Source: Myxococcales bacterium
Lineage (GTDB): Bacteria > Myxococcota > Kuafuiibacteriia > Kuafuiibacteriales > Kuafuiibacteriaceae
DNA length: 64,000 bases
Reading direction: 5' to 3'
Assembly: GCA_019634385.1 (NCBI GenBank)
Contig: JAHQVK010000175.1
Location: 333-64,332 of the forward strand
In this document: piece by piece, positions 19,160 to 27,908 of the stretch
Layout of the letters: the number at the start of each line of letters is the position of its first letter
How positions within the stretch are numbered: position 1 is the first letter of the stretch
Notes under the pieces: model-generated
The model's database searches: none
Seen by the model: the letters and a program-made list of their open reading frames with translations, nothing else
What the model was told of the DNA's origin: nothing
Made by a program: the position numbers and the translations under genes

Positions 19160-20007
19160 CTAGGTGGAATCATGGACGAGTACCAACCGTAAGAGACGTC
19201 CTAATGAGGGACAATACGGACTCAAGTCTGCAGAGCGAAGATGGAGCCTTTATATCTCCGCCCCGAATACAAAACACCACGAGGTGATCCGCCATTGGGG
19301 GTAAAGTGCTGGCGAAGATAATGTTTCGCGGTGCGCGACTGGTTTGGGGTCTTGTTTTTGGCTCTGCACCAAGCGGACCGACCTCGGCCTCTTGTTGAGG
19401 GGTGCTTACGTCGATTGAGGGATGCGTAAGTTGTTCCATTCTCGCTAGCCCATTGGGGCAAAACTATCCCTGAATGCAGAGCGCCACGGGACTAGAGTGA
19501 TATGTACAGTTTGCTGTACAATAGTTCTACGTAGCCCTAGCATTGATAGTCTCTATGTGACTGGAGTAGTTGGTATGGAGCGGTCACAAAGTTGATGGTT
19601 TTCAATACGCGGTTGCCGAAAGTTGGTCTCAGCGGGGTTTGTGGTCGCGGGGTGTTCTGGCGGTTGAATTGTCGGTTGCTACGACACTTAGGCGGAGTTG
19701 GGCACAAGTACACTATGCTCCGTCCCCGAATGGCGAGGACGAGTCACTAGGTAGGTTATTGACTGATACTGCGTGTGAGTCGGATTCATAGCTTTCTTGT
19801 GTATTGAGACAACGAATGCTTGAGTGTCTACGCTGTCTGTTGGTGAGGGTTGGGTGTTGGAAGGTTATAAAGTGCCTTAATCCGTTGTTGACCAGTTCGT
19901 AGGAGACCCACTTGACAGCTGGCTTGATGTATCGGTTCAAAGTTTCCCAGCATCAATGTGGGGAGGTGCACAGCTGATGTCGGCAGAGCTGGCAAAATTG
20001 ACTGGCT

Positions 20008-20121
20008 ACAGCGGAAATCACTTGGGTTGAATCCAAGTTCCTGCTTCTACGCGGGGCTATGCCCCGCTGCGCGACCCCCATGTTGATTCTTACAGAATCA
20101 ATTCAAGTGGTCTTTGCTGTA
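20008..20121. repeat. family B copy B5 (forward)
   Basis: It has the same structure as B4. It lies at the left edge of the AT-rich leader of the MotAB-helicase island. Confidence 0.8.
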
Positions 20122-20668
20122 TTAATCTCTTATCTAGACGCTTTCTGCGACTGGTTCCGCAGGGCGGAGAAAACTCGTTAACTGCGAGTTTTTCGAGTAT
20201 CTGTTTGACAAAACATTATCCTAGGAGATCGCCCGGCAGTTTTTGTGTTGATGGGATCAAGAGCACAAAAATGATATCTGTAACGTACCAATAATTGGGT
20301 AGCCGCGCGGTTGCTTACCCTGCCGGGGTATGCGTACCTCATGAGATCCTTGAATCAGCTTATGATAAATTACCATATTGAATGTTTTCCCAAAGTGCTT
20401 CAACTCTAATGAGGATATTTACACGTTGAACTCCGTGAGGTTTCCCACGTATATAAGCCGACATAGCAGTAGATAATAATGTAGGGTGACTAGATGAGCT
20501 GTAGAGATAACGATCGGTTAGGATTTAATCCTTGAACCTTAGCTATTGGGGGAGCGGAAAGATGGCACTTGCTTATGATGATCGAGGTCAAACAATGACC
20601 AACAGTCACCTATTGTATCTTCGGGGGCTTTGAGGGCAGACCCTCAATAGCACTCCGAAGCAAGTATA

Positions 20669-20675
20669 GAAGGAG
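20669..20675 (+). promoter_or_regulatory. Shine-Dalgarno-like AAGGAG upstream of TTG start of first operon gene
   Basis: aaggag lies 5-6 nt upstream of the TTG at 20681 that opens the 366-codon ORF. Confidence 0.4.
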
Positions 20676-20680
20676 CCTCT

Positions 20681-21781
20681 TTGAGAGCCGTCAACGACGA
20701 AGCGTGTAGAGTTGTTATCGAGCCGGATCGCTGTGATCTGCAAGAGGCAACCTACGATCCCCGGCTGTCATCGGCTGGACGAGATGATGGTCAGCATGTT
20801 GTTTATACAACAGTAGATCGGGTTGTCTATCAGCCGGCACCAGACGTCGTGGAGAAGATCCTCGATGCCAATGGATATTCAATGAATCTCGAGAATATCC
20901 TTGCGGTACTTGACGAGGTCAAAATTGGTTACCGGCTTCAGGTGTCGAACGAGCCTTTGGCCCCCAACTCTGTCCCCATCGCCAAGACTTTTCTGCCTGC
21001 ACTCACCCTGCGACTCCCGATGAAGAACCGGGTGGGTCCACTGCTTGCAAAGTTCTATGCTGAGGTTGGTGGATACCAGAATGAACTTGTTCGGCTGCGT
21101 GAGCAAGCGGGACGAGCTCATGGAGGACAACGAAAAGAGCTGGAAGACCTTCGTCGAGAGCACGAGAAACTCAAGGCGGAGAATGAGCAGCTTCGAACCC
21201 AGGTTGACAGTCTCAATGCTGAGTTGGGTCAACTTCGAAAATCCCACGCAGCGGCCAATCACGCCTTGGCTGAACAGAATATTTTGCCGGCTCAGGTGCG
21301 TGTGGCTCAGGTGCACAAGGTTGACTTGGAGGAGCGATATGTTGCGCTTAAGTCAGGGCGCAAAGTCTTCAGTGTCCCCTTGGTGGCCATCTGGGTCTAC
21401 CCGGAAAAAGACGAGCCGTGTTTAGTTAGTATCCAAGACGGTGAAGTATCGGGCGTATTTTTTCATGAAGGTGCTCAGCCTATCCCCGGTATGGTCCTGG
21501 GTGAGGTGCTTCATGTGGCTGAGGGGCAGTGCAAAGTTCGGGAAGAAAACCGCCGTACACGGGTCATTCAAGCTCAAAATCCTGCGGAGAAGGAACTCAT
21601 CAGTCAAATGAGACGAGGGGACCGAGTCTTGTTATTCCTTCACAACGATGAGCTTCTGAGGTTTGTTCCCTGTGGAACGTTCAACGCGGAAGCTTTTGCT
21701 CGCGCGGTACAAGAATCTATCGCTCGTTGGGAAATTGCACAGTCGGAAGAACAGGGGTCAGATGGAACAGGGCCTGTATAG
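20681..21781 (+). CDS. hypothetical cytoplasmic coiled-coil protein (first gene of MotAB-helicase operon)
   Basis: 366 codons with a probable TTG start. The central segment (residues ~130-190; ELVRLREQAGRAHGGQRKELEDLRREHEKLKAENEQLRTQVDSLNAELGQLRK) is heptad-rich. Its 3' end overlaps the next gene by 20 nt. Confidence 0.5.
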   Translation: MRAVNDEACRVVIEPDRCDLQEATYDPRLSSAGRDDGQHVVYTTVDRVVYQPAPDVVEKILDANGYSMNLENILAVLDEVKIGYRLQVSNEPLAPNSVPIAKTFLPALTLRLPMKNRVGPLLAKFYAEVGGYQNELVRLREQAGRAHGGQRKELEDLRREHEKLKAENEQLRTQVDSLNAELGQLRKSHAAANHALAEQNILPAQVRVAQVHKVDLEERYVALKSGRKVFSVPLVAIWVYPEKDEPCLVSIQDGEVSGVFFHEGAQPIPGMVLGEVLHVAEGQCKVREENRRTRVIQAQNPAEKELISQMRRGDRVLLFLHNDELLRFVPCGTFNAEAFARAVQESIARWEIAQSEEQGSDGTGPV

Positions 21782-22586
21782 TCGAGCCTATTTCTCTAAG
21801 CCGCGAGCGGGAAGAGATTTCTTATCTGTTGTTACCAGCGCAATTGGGCTGGGTGCTGTAGGTTGGGCCGTTACACAAACTAGCTCTTTGGAGCAACTAG
21901 TTGATGTACGGAGTATTTTCATTGTGGGAGTGGGAACGGTCGCCACTACTCTGCTACAATATAATTTCCGGACGTGTTGGCTCACCTTAGTATCTATTCT
22001 GCGGTCGCTTTTGGGTACGCCCGTCAAAGCCGCAGTGGCCATGCGGAGAGAAATTGACGACGCGATCATCAATGGTGATCACTTGGTTACCTTGCGTGAG
22101 GGAACTCGCGTGACCGGGGAGCTTCTAAACGATATCGTATTTATGTATCGGCAAGGGCTCTTGTTTGACGAGATCGACCAATTTGTTACCTCCCGTTTGG
22201 AGGCTGAATTGAGCGACAAGCGGGTAGCGGCAGAATTACTTCGACGAGCAGCGCTTACGGCACCAGCCCTCGGACTGTTTGGAACGGTATTAGGTCTGAC
22301 AGGGGTGCTCCGATCCATGGATGATCCAACCAAGATAGGGCCATTGATGTCCCTGGCCCTGATGACAACCGCTTATGGATCAGGCCTTGGATCCTTTGCG
22401 TGTACACCACTAGCTGGTCGATTAGAGCATCATAATACCGTTTTTGTGGAAGTCCATCGACAGCTATTGAGTCGGGTAGGGATCCTTCTTGCTCGCGAGG
22501 AGCGTACTTTTGGTGTGACCCATGCACCTCAGATTAGTGACAATGCATCAGACCAGATTAGAACTTCCGAGCACGCCGATAACTGA
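21762..22586 (+). CDS. MotA/PomA-family proton-channel subunit (stator-like, compact, no C-terminal tail)
   Basis: Four TM segments. TM3 APALGLFGTVLGLTGVL and TM4 ALMTTAYGSGLGSFACTPLAGRL carry the conserved prolines of MotA. The ATG at 21762 is preferred over the track start at 21663. Confidence 0.7.
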   Translation: MEQGLYSRAYFSKPRAGRDFLSVVTSAIGLGAVGWAVTQTSSLEQLVDVRSIFIVGVGTVATTLLQYNFRTCWLTLVSILRSLLGTPVKAAVAMRREIDDAIINGDHLVTLREGTRVTGELLNDIVFMYRQGLLFDEIDQFVTSRLEAELSDKRVAAELLRRAALTAPALGLFGTVLGLTGVLRSMDDPTKIGPLMSLALMTTAYGSGLGSFACTPLAGRLEHHNTVFVEVHRQLLSRVGILLAREERTFGVTHAPQISDNASDQIRTSEHADN

Positions 22587-23193
22587 CGAGTCTAGCGCAT
22601 TCTTCATCAGTCTAAGCGATCTGATGATCCTGCTGTGCGTCTTTTTTATTATGATGGTTAGTGTAAGTAAGATCGATATGGGCTCTTTTGAGCGGGTACG
22701 CAGTGCTCTACAAGGTCATACCCAAAATACCCTGGTTGAGCTGTCGGATCGATTGGAGGAGATGGTCACTGAAGAAGCTGGTATCTCCGGGGTAGAGGTC
22801 GGTATTGGTCGGGAGGGGGTACGCCTGGATTTTGAGGCCGCTGCTCTTTTTGATTCAGGCAGTGCTGTGCTGAAAACTGGCGCTTTAGACGGCATGTTAC
22901 CAATTTTTGAAATCATTAGTACCACTCGCTACCGTATTGATGTTGAGGGACACAGCGATGATGTTCCGCTACACCGAAAAAGTGGAGATGAACTAGAAAC
23001 AAATTGGTCACTGAGTGGACGGCGAGCGAGCAGCGTGGTTCATCGTCTACAGGAATTGGGTTTTCCGCCTAGCCGGCTTCGTATCGTGGGGTATGCGGCG
23101 ACGCGGCCCAAAGTACCTATTGATGGACTCAGCGAGGAGGCCCTTGATCGTGCCCGCGCTGAGAATCGAAGGGTGTCTATCTTAATTCGATGA
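22522..23193 (+). CDS. MotB-like protein: single TM with conserved Asp plus OmpA-like peptidoglycan-binding domain
   Basis: SLSDLMILLCVFFIMMV contains the protonatable Asp at the MotB/TolR/ExbD position. The C-terminal part has OmpA-like motifs (VEGHSDDVPL ... NWSLSGRRASSVVHRL). The alternative start at 22543 is equally possible. The stop overlaps the next start. Confidence 0.7.
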   Translation: MHLRLVTMHQTRLELPSTPITDESSAFFISLSDLMILLCVFFIMMVSVSKIDMGSFERVRSALQGHTQNTLVELSDRLEEMVTEEAGISGVEVGIGREGVRLDFEAAALFDSGSAVLKTGALDGMLPIFEIISTTRYRIDVEGHSDDVPLHRKSGDELETNWSLSGRRASSVVHRLQELGFPPSRLRIVGYAATRPKVPIDGLSEEALDRARAENRRVSILIR

Positions 23194-26100
23194 GCGCGGC
23201 TATGAACCCTCCGGAAATTGAGCATCCGCATGCTCTTCAGCAACAGGTGGTCGTTAAGCACGACCGTTGGCACCGCTTTGTCATCAGTCGGAACTTGGAT
23301 CCCAGTGGTCTATATAGTTATCGACTGACTAATGCAGCTAAGCGAGAGGCACTGATAGTGCCTCTTGATCTTTTTGAGCGCTTTAGGCTAGACGTGCGTT
23401 CTTTCGCAGTGAGTGACAGGGTTGGGGATGAGGACCAACCGACCTATACCGAGCTGCGTTTTGGGGGTCGAGTATGCTTTGCCTTTCAGCGGGGACGGTT
23501 ACCGGCTGACTGGATAAAAATTCTAAGTTTCGGTGCAGATGAAGTTCCCAATCAAGAGTTTTCTATTGCTGCATCCGCCGGAGCATCATTGGTATCGGTG
23601 TTGTTCCATCCGCAGCTTGAGCATCCTCATGATCTCTTAATTCGAATTGTAACCTACCACCGATTGTTTTCCGCGACATTTCAAGGAGGAAGCGAAAGTA
23701 TCACCAGTAATTTGCAACTAAGAAAAGATCTCCTTTGTCATGTTGATCGATATACGCCGTCGCTCGTAAAAAAATCGCCAGAGGCGCAAACGGAGGAAGT
23801 ACTCTCAGATCCGGCGATGTTGAAAGACCTAGCGGTGGGGACCCCAACCCCAAAAAATAGCTCAACTTTTAAGTCGCGTCTTGGGGAAAGAGATGAGGAA
23901 AACAAATATCTGGTGGACTATGAGTCCTTGTTTTCGAGTAGGGCTACCCGTGGTCGAAAGAAGAGTCCGTCTAATCCTGCTTTGGATTTAAATACAACCT
24001 CGTCATCGGACGAGAACGTGGGGCACTTTGCGGTGCCACTTTTAGCAAAAGATATAAAGGCGTTTGCCAAGGTACCATTTCGATGTGAGCTCTCTCGAGG
24101 GGATGCGAAAATCCTTCGACAAAATTTCTTAGACGACCGAGATGCTTCCTTCTTTCTTGGTTTCGAGATGCTGGACTGCATATTCGAACAGCGCAAGAAA
24201 TTATATACTTATCGATTTCCGTTATACTATATTCCGGTACGAATTGTAGAGTCGGGGCGAGAGGCTATTCTTCATCCGCTGGAGGATAATCGTTTCTACT
24301 TGAATCATTTTGCGTTGGCGAATCTTGTAGAAACCTATTCTTCGGCTGGGCAAGCGGCAAAGCGACTGTCCGGTTTATTATCTTCGCTGCTGACCCACCA
24401 GTTTATCGTCCGTGGTGCCCAAGATCGGGTTCGAATCATACGGATGCTTCCATCACATTCGGAGGTGTTTGAGCGAACGAGGGAAATACTTCTCGGGCTG
24501 CCCGGTGAAGAAGGAAAAGGAGGGCTACTTTCTGAGGTTAAAGTTCGTGCGATTGAATGTGACTTGGAAAGTGTTGTTCTTTACAAAGCACCTCAGTCTT
24601 CCTCCCCAATCATTCGTGCTTTGGACGATGATCTAACCAAGATTGTGGCTCTCGCGAAGCGAGGAAAAGGTGCTTACCAGTCATCGCTGTTGTCTCGCGC
24701 CCTTTCGGGGAATCTCGTGAGTGTTGATGGAGGCCAAGACGAGGCGTTTTCTCGCGCTCTGTCCATGCACAGCGCGCCAACGCGGGCGGTTCGGGCGTTG
24801 ATGGGACGTCTCAATTCAAGTGATCTGGTGCTGCTTGAAGGTCCCCCAGGAACCGGAAAGACCTACACGATTGCCAACCTTCTGATTCACTGCGTTGCGA
24901 CCGGTCGCCGTCTGCTAGTGGTCAGTGATCAGAAGGCAGCGATTCAGGCCCTGGTGGAGCAAATACAGCAGTATGTGGTCGGGTCAAAGAAGAATACCGC
25001 CGAGGGAAAGCAGCTAGGTTTGTTATGGCGACTTGCAATAAAGGTAGTGGACGAGCTCCCGGAGAACACCGAATCTTTAGCTTCTTGGTCGAGGCAAGTT
25101 CGGCGTATGCTCGGCGTGGACATATCTTTAGAATTGGACTGGGGCAGTCCGGTTGATGGGTATGAGCGGGCGATTTCTCGTATAGATGTAAAAATAGCAG
25201 AAGCTGTGAAAGAAGTTGGGCTGGCCGTTCGGCGTCGCTTCGGACAGGATAAGCGATGGCGAATCCCTGTGGTGGCGGACAAGTCGGAGCATCCTAACTC
25301 AGAGAATGACGTGCAGGCTGCTCTTGAGTTGTCAGAGCGTTTACTTAGCATGGAGGGACTGCGGGAGTGGTTGGCTAGCTATTTGGGATCTCTTCAGCGT
25401 TTACTTGAGCTTAAGCTTTCCGCAATGTTCGAGTTGTTCGCGTTACGAGGCCGCAAAGATGTGGCTGTTCAACGTCTTGAACGGACCGTTGATTGGCTGA
25501 GGCGCTTGCTCCTCGAAATGCCGACCAGCATGGAAGAGTATGAGCAGCTTGAGGTAGCGGATACGGTAAAGGCGGTTCAGGCCGGCCTTGCACCCCGATG
25601 GAGAGAGTTCTATCCCCCGAAACTGGGTTGGGCGGCGAGAGCCGCTCGACTCGTGAGTCCGTTCTCTGGTGGGGCGCAACTCCGTAAATTGGTTCGGGAG
25701 TTGATCTCTATGGTTGAGAAGCAGCTGCTACTTTGGGAGCAGCAGCCAGCCTGGGATGGTGAGGTATGGCAGAGCCTTGGACGACTGCACGCGACAATAT
25801 CGCCGGATACTAAGGGATCTATTGATATTGCGCTGGAATTGCTTCTTGCTGAGTGTAGTGATCTTCACCAGGAAGAGTCGATTCACGAGAAGCTAGAATA
25901 CATTGCTCAAATGCAGCGAGATCGAGATGATCTGGTGCGTCAGCAATTTTTGTATGGGCTTGGGCGTATCGGTCAGCGCGCGTTTGCCTCTGCTCGTGGT
26001 GGGGGAACCAGTCGCCTCACGAGTATACTGGCGATGCTCGACCGCTTAGAGTCAGCACAATCTTGGGCTAAAGCTCAAGATACTGTCCGAGAGCTCCGAG

Positions 26101-27440
26101 AGTTGCTGTTTGATGTTTTCCCGATTTGGTTGTCTCGCAAGCAGGCTGTTTCGTTCTTACTACCATGTCAGGAGCAGAGTTTTGACCTTGTGGTGGTGGA
26201 TGAGGCGACGCAGTGTCGGGTTGATGATGCGCTTCCTCTGTTATTTCGGGGGAAGAAGCTCATGGCGGTTGGAGATGAACGCCAAACAGTACTCGCAAAG
26301 AACTCGGCGATCGATGATTACCTGTTTGACGACTTTGAGCTTGATGAGCATCTAAGCTTAGCTCAGGCTCGTGGTATTAAAGGCGGGGGATCTCACCTTT
26401 TTGGTCTTATTAAACGAATCAAGCAGGCATCGGTCATGTTGGATGAGCACTACCGCTGTCCGCCGGATATAATTGAGTTTTCGAATAGGTATGTATATGA
26501 AAACCAACTGCGTACCATGCAGTGGAAGATGCTCGGTTCCCCACAGTCGGTGATTGTTGATAATAGTGAATCTCGAGTACCACCCAGCGAACGGGTCCGT
26601 TCTGGAAAGTACAAGGGCACTGAAATCAGCATGATCGATCGATTTTTCGTTTACGTAGCTCGAACCATTCGACGTCTGGAGCGAGAAACCGGTCAGGAAA
26701 TAGATCCAGAAACGGATGTGGCGATTGTCTACTTTCTTCTTAAAAACGAGGCCTATATTAAAGATAAAAAGAGTGAACTGCTGAGAAAGTTACCCAGGGG
26801 TCGAGATATTCTCGATGGAGCGGGCGCGGCTCTTCAGGGTAAAGAGCGGGATTATATCTTTTATCTATGGGATATGACTCGATACAATATGGCTGCATTT
26901 CGTCAAGGAGATGATGAAAGTAAGCGTAAGGGTGAGCTAAATGTCCTGATGAGTCGTCCAAAAAAGCGAGCGTATCATTTTCTCCATAGAGAATTTGACC
27001 AGCTTAAGCATCAAACCAGTTCGATATCAGACTACCTTATGCGTGTTCAGCAAAGGAGCTATCGTAACCGAAGTTTGTCCAGTGAGCGAGGTTCTGGGTT
27101 GCTCATGCGGATGCTACTCGAGCGAGCACTGTCTGAAGATGGGGTAGAGCGCAGCGAGCTTCAACTGGAGGTCCCCATTGGTAACCAGTTACTTGGTGTT
27201 GATCTCATGTGGCTCCCTCCTAAGAAACGAGAGGAACAGTCTTCAATTGGACTGGTAGATCTGAGTATATTTGGCAGTAGTAGAGATCCTGGTCAAGATG
27301 TGGTGGACTATTTCTTTCAGGTGCAGCGAGCGATACCACGGGTCCAACCAGTATTTGGCTTTGTACACGAGTTTGCTCGTTCGTCTTCGGTGGTGATAGC
27401 TCGGCTTAAGTCACTCGCCCGGCAACGAAAAGAGGATTAA
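23190..27440 (+). CDS. 1416-aa multidomain protein: DUF4011-like N-terminal region, Upf1/DNA2-type SF1 helicase core (AAA_11/AAA_12), uncharacterised C-terminal domain (possible nuclease)
   Basis: The N-terminal YRFPLYYIPVRIV...ILHPLEDNRFYLNHFALANL block resembles DUF4011. Walker A LLEGPPGTGKTYTIANLL is at ~aa 545. Motif II VVVDEATQCRVDDA, then MAVGDERQ, and motif IV-like YRCPPDIIEFSNRYVYENQL follow. The C-terminal 170 aa (GVDLMW...IGLVDLSIF) are unassigned. Confidence 0.75.
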   Translation: MSAAMNPPEIEHPHALQQQVVVKHDRWHRFVISRNLDPSGLYSYRLTNAAKREALIVPLDLFERFRLDVRSFAVSDRVGDEDQPTYTELRFGGRVCFAFQRGRLPADWIKILSFGADEVPNQEFSIAASAGASLVSVLFHPQLEHPHDLLIRIVTYHRLFSATFQGGSESITSNLQLRKDLLCHVDRYTPSLVKKSPEAQTEEVLSDPAMLKDLAVGTPTPKNSSTFKSRLGERDEENKYLVDYESLFSSRATRGRKKSPSNPALDLNTTSSSDENVGHFAVPLLAKDIKAFAKVPFRCELSRGDAKILRQNFLDDRDASFFLGFEMLDCIFEQRKKLYTYRFPLYYIPVRIVESGREAILHPLEDNRFYLNHFALANLVETYSSAGQAAKRLSGLLSSLLTHQFIVRGAQDRVRIIRMLPSHSEVFERTREILLGLPGEEGKGGLLSEVKVRAIECDLESVVLYKAPQSSSPIIRALDDDLTKIVALAKRGKGAYQSSLLSRALSGNLVSVDGGQDEAFSRALSMHSAPTRAVRALMGRLNSSDLVLLEGPPGTGKTYTIANLLIHCVATGRRLLVVSDQKAAIQALVEQIQQYVVGSKKNTAEGKQLGLLWRLAIKVVDELPENTESLASWSRQVRRMLGVDISLELDWGSPVDGYERAISRIDVKIAEAVKEVGLAVRRRFGQDKRWRIPVVADKSEHPNSENDVQAALELSERLLSMEGLREWLASYLGSLQRLLELKLSAMFELFALRGRKDVAVQRLERTVDWLRRLLLEMPTSMEEYEQLEVADTVKAVQAGLAPRWREFYPPKLGWAARAARLVSPFSGGAQLRKLVRELISMVEKQLLLWEQQPAWDGEVWQSLGRLHATISPDTKGSIDIALELLLAECSDLHQEESIHEKLEYIAQMQRDRDDLVRQQFLYGLGRIGQRAFASARGGGTSRLTSILAMLDRLESAQSWAKAQDTVRELRELLFDVFPIWLSRKQAVSFLLPCQEQSFDLVVVDEATQCRVDDALPLLFRGKKLMAVGDERQTVLAKNSAIDDYLFDDFELDEHLSLAQARGIKGGGSHLFGLIKRIKQASVMLDEHYRCPPDIIEFSNRYVYENQLRTMQWKMLGSPQSVIVDNSESRVPPSERVRSGKYKGTEISMIDRFFVYVARTIRRLERETGQEIDPETDVAIVYFLLKNEAYIKDKKSELLRKLPRGRDILDGAGAALQGKERDYIFYLWDMTRYNMAAFRQGDDESKRKGELNVLMSRPKKRAYHFLHREFDQLKHQTSSISDYLMRVQQRSYRNRSLSSERGSGLLMRMLLERALSEDGVERSELQLEVPIGNQLLGVDLMWLPPKKREEQSSIGLVDLSIFGSSRDPGQDVVDYFFQVQRAIPRVQPVFGFVHEFARSSSVVIARLKSLARQRKED

Positions 27441-27542
27441 AGTCTTACTCTTTAAGCGAAAACTATTGATCTCACTCCCTATCATTTTTACTGAGATGTT
27501 ATCGCCCACAAGGAGCTTTGATGGCTGAAGCTGAATTGTGTT

Positions 27543-27724
27543 CTAGCAGCCTGTTGATTTGTCCATGTGTGTAGCTATCGAGCCAGGATTTTCGAGAAAC
27601 GCTCTGACGACGAGGCGAGCGTACCTGGCGGTGCGTGACCGAGGAGAGACTTTTAGTGGTCAGAAAGTTTCACGCAAAGACTGGCCGATAGATGCGTGCA
27701 GGGCTAGATCAACAGGCTGCTAGG
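27543..27724. repeat. family D palindromic element, copy D1
   Basis: ctagcagcctgttgatttgtcc...ggctagatcaacaggctgctag. 182 bp with 16-bp perfect terminal inverted repeats. Confidence 0.8.
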
Positions 27725-27908
27725 GGGTGTCTTTACGCTCCGGCTACGGAGATGATGCCGTGTCCCACGTTTGTGAGGGGTCGTGCTCGGAGGGAGGGTA
27801 CCGGGATGTATTGGGTCGAGTGGCCCGAAAAGGGGGCGAAACCACCGACACCCTCACAAACGCGGGAAAGAGTCAGAACGCGGTCCGGAGTTTATAGACA
27901 CGCCCTAG
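27721..27908. repeat. family A copy A7 (forward)
   Basis: tagggggtgtctttacgctccgg...gtttatagacacgccctag. Shares CTAG with the end of D1. Confidence 0.8.

Noticed and set aside
18530-20680. Search for tRNA/tmRNA or riboswitch in the 2-kb gene-free stretch and other intergenic regions
   Set aside because: There is no GTTCGAATC/GTTCAAATC-type T-loop with a matching acceptor stem. The only gggttcaaccc strings belong to family B repeats. No conserved riboswitch core was recognised. A covariance-model scan would be needed to be sure.
21762-23193. Interpretation of the MotA/MotB pair as a flagellar (or Tol/Exb/gliding) stator
   Set aside because: There are no flagellar, Tol-Pal, TonB or gliding genes in the window. 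The pair is translationally coupled to a helicase gene instead, so a motility role is not the most economical reading. It cannot be excluded without the whole genome.
20681-27440. Calling the operon a canonical Zorya type I/II/III system
   Set aside because: The MotA homologue lacks the long ZorA C-terminal tail. The effector is an SF1 DUF4011-type helicase rather than Snf2-type ZorD or HNH ZorE. An extra coiled-coil gene precedes the channel genes. It is only Zorya-like in logic.
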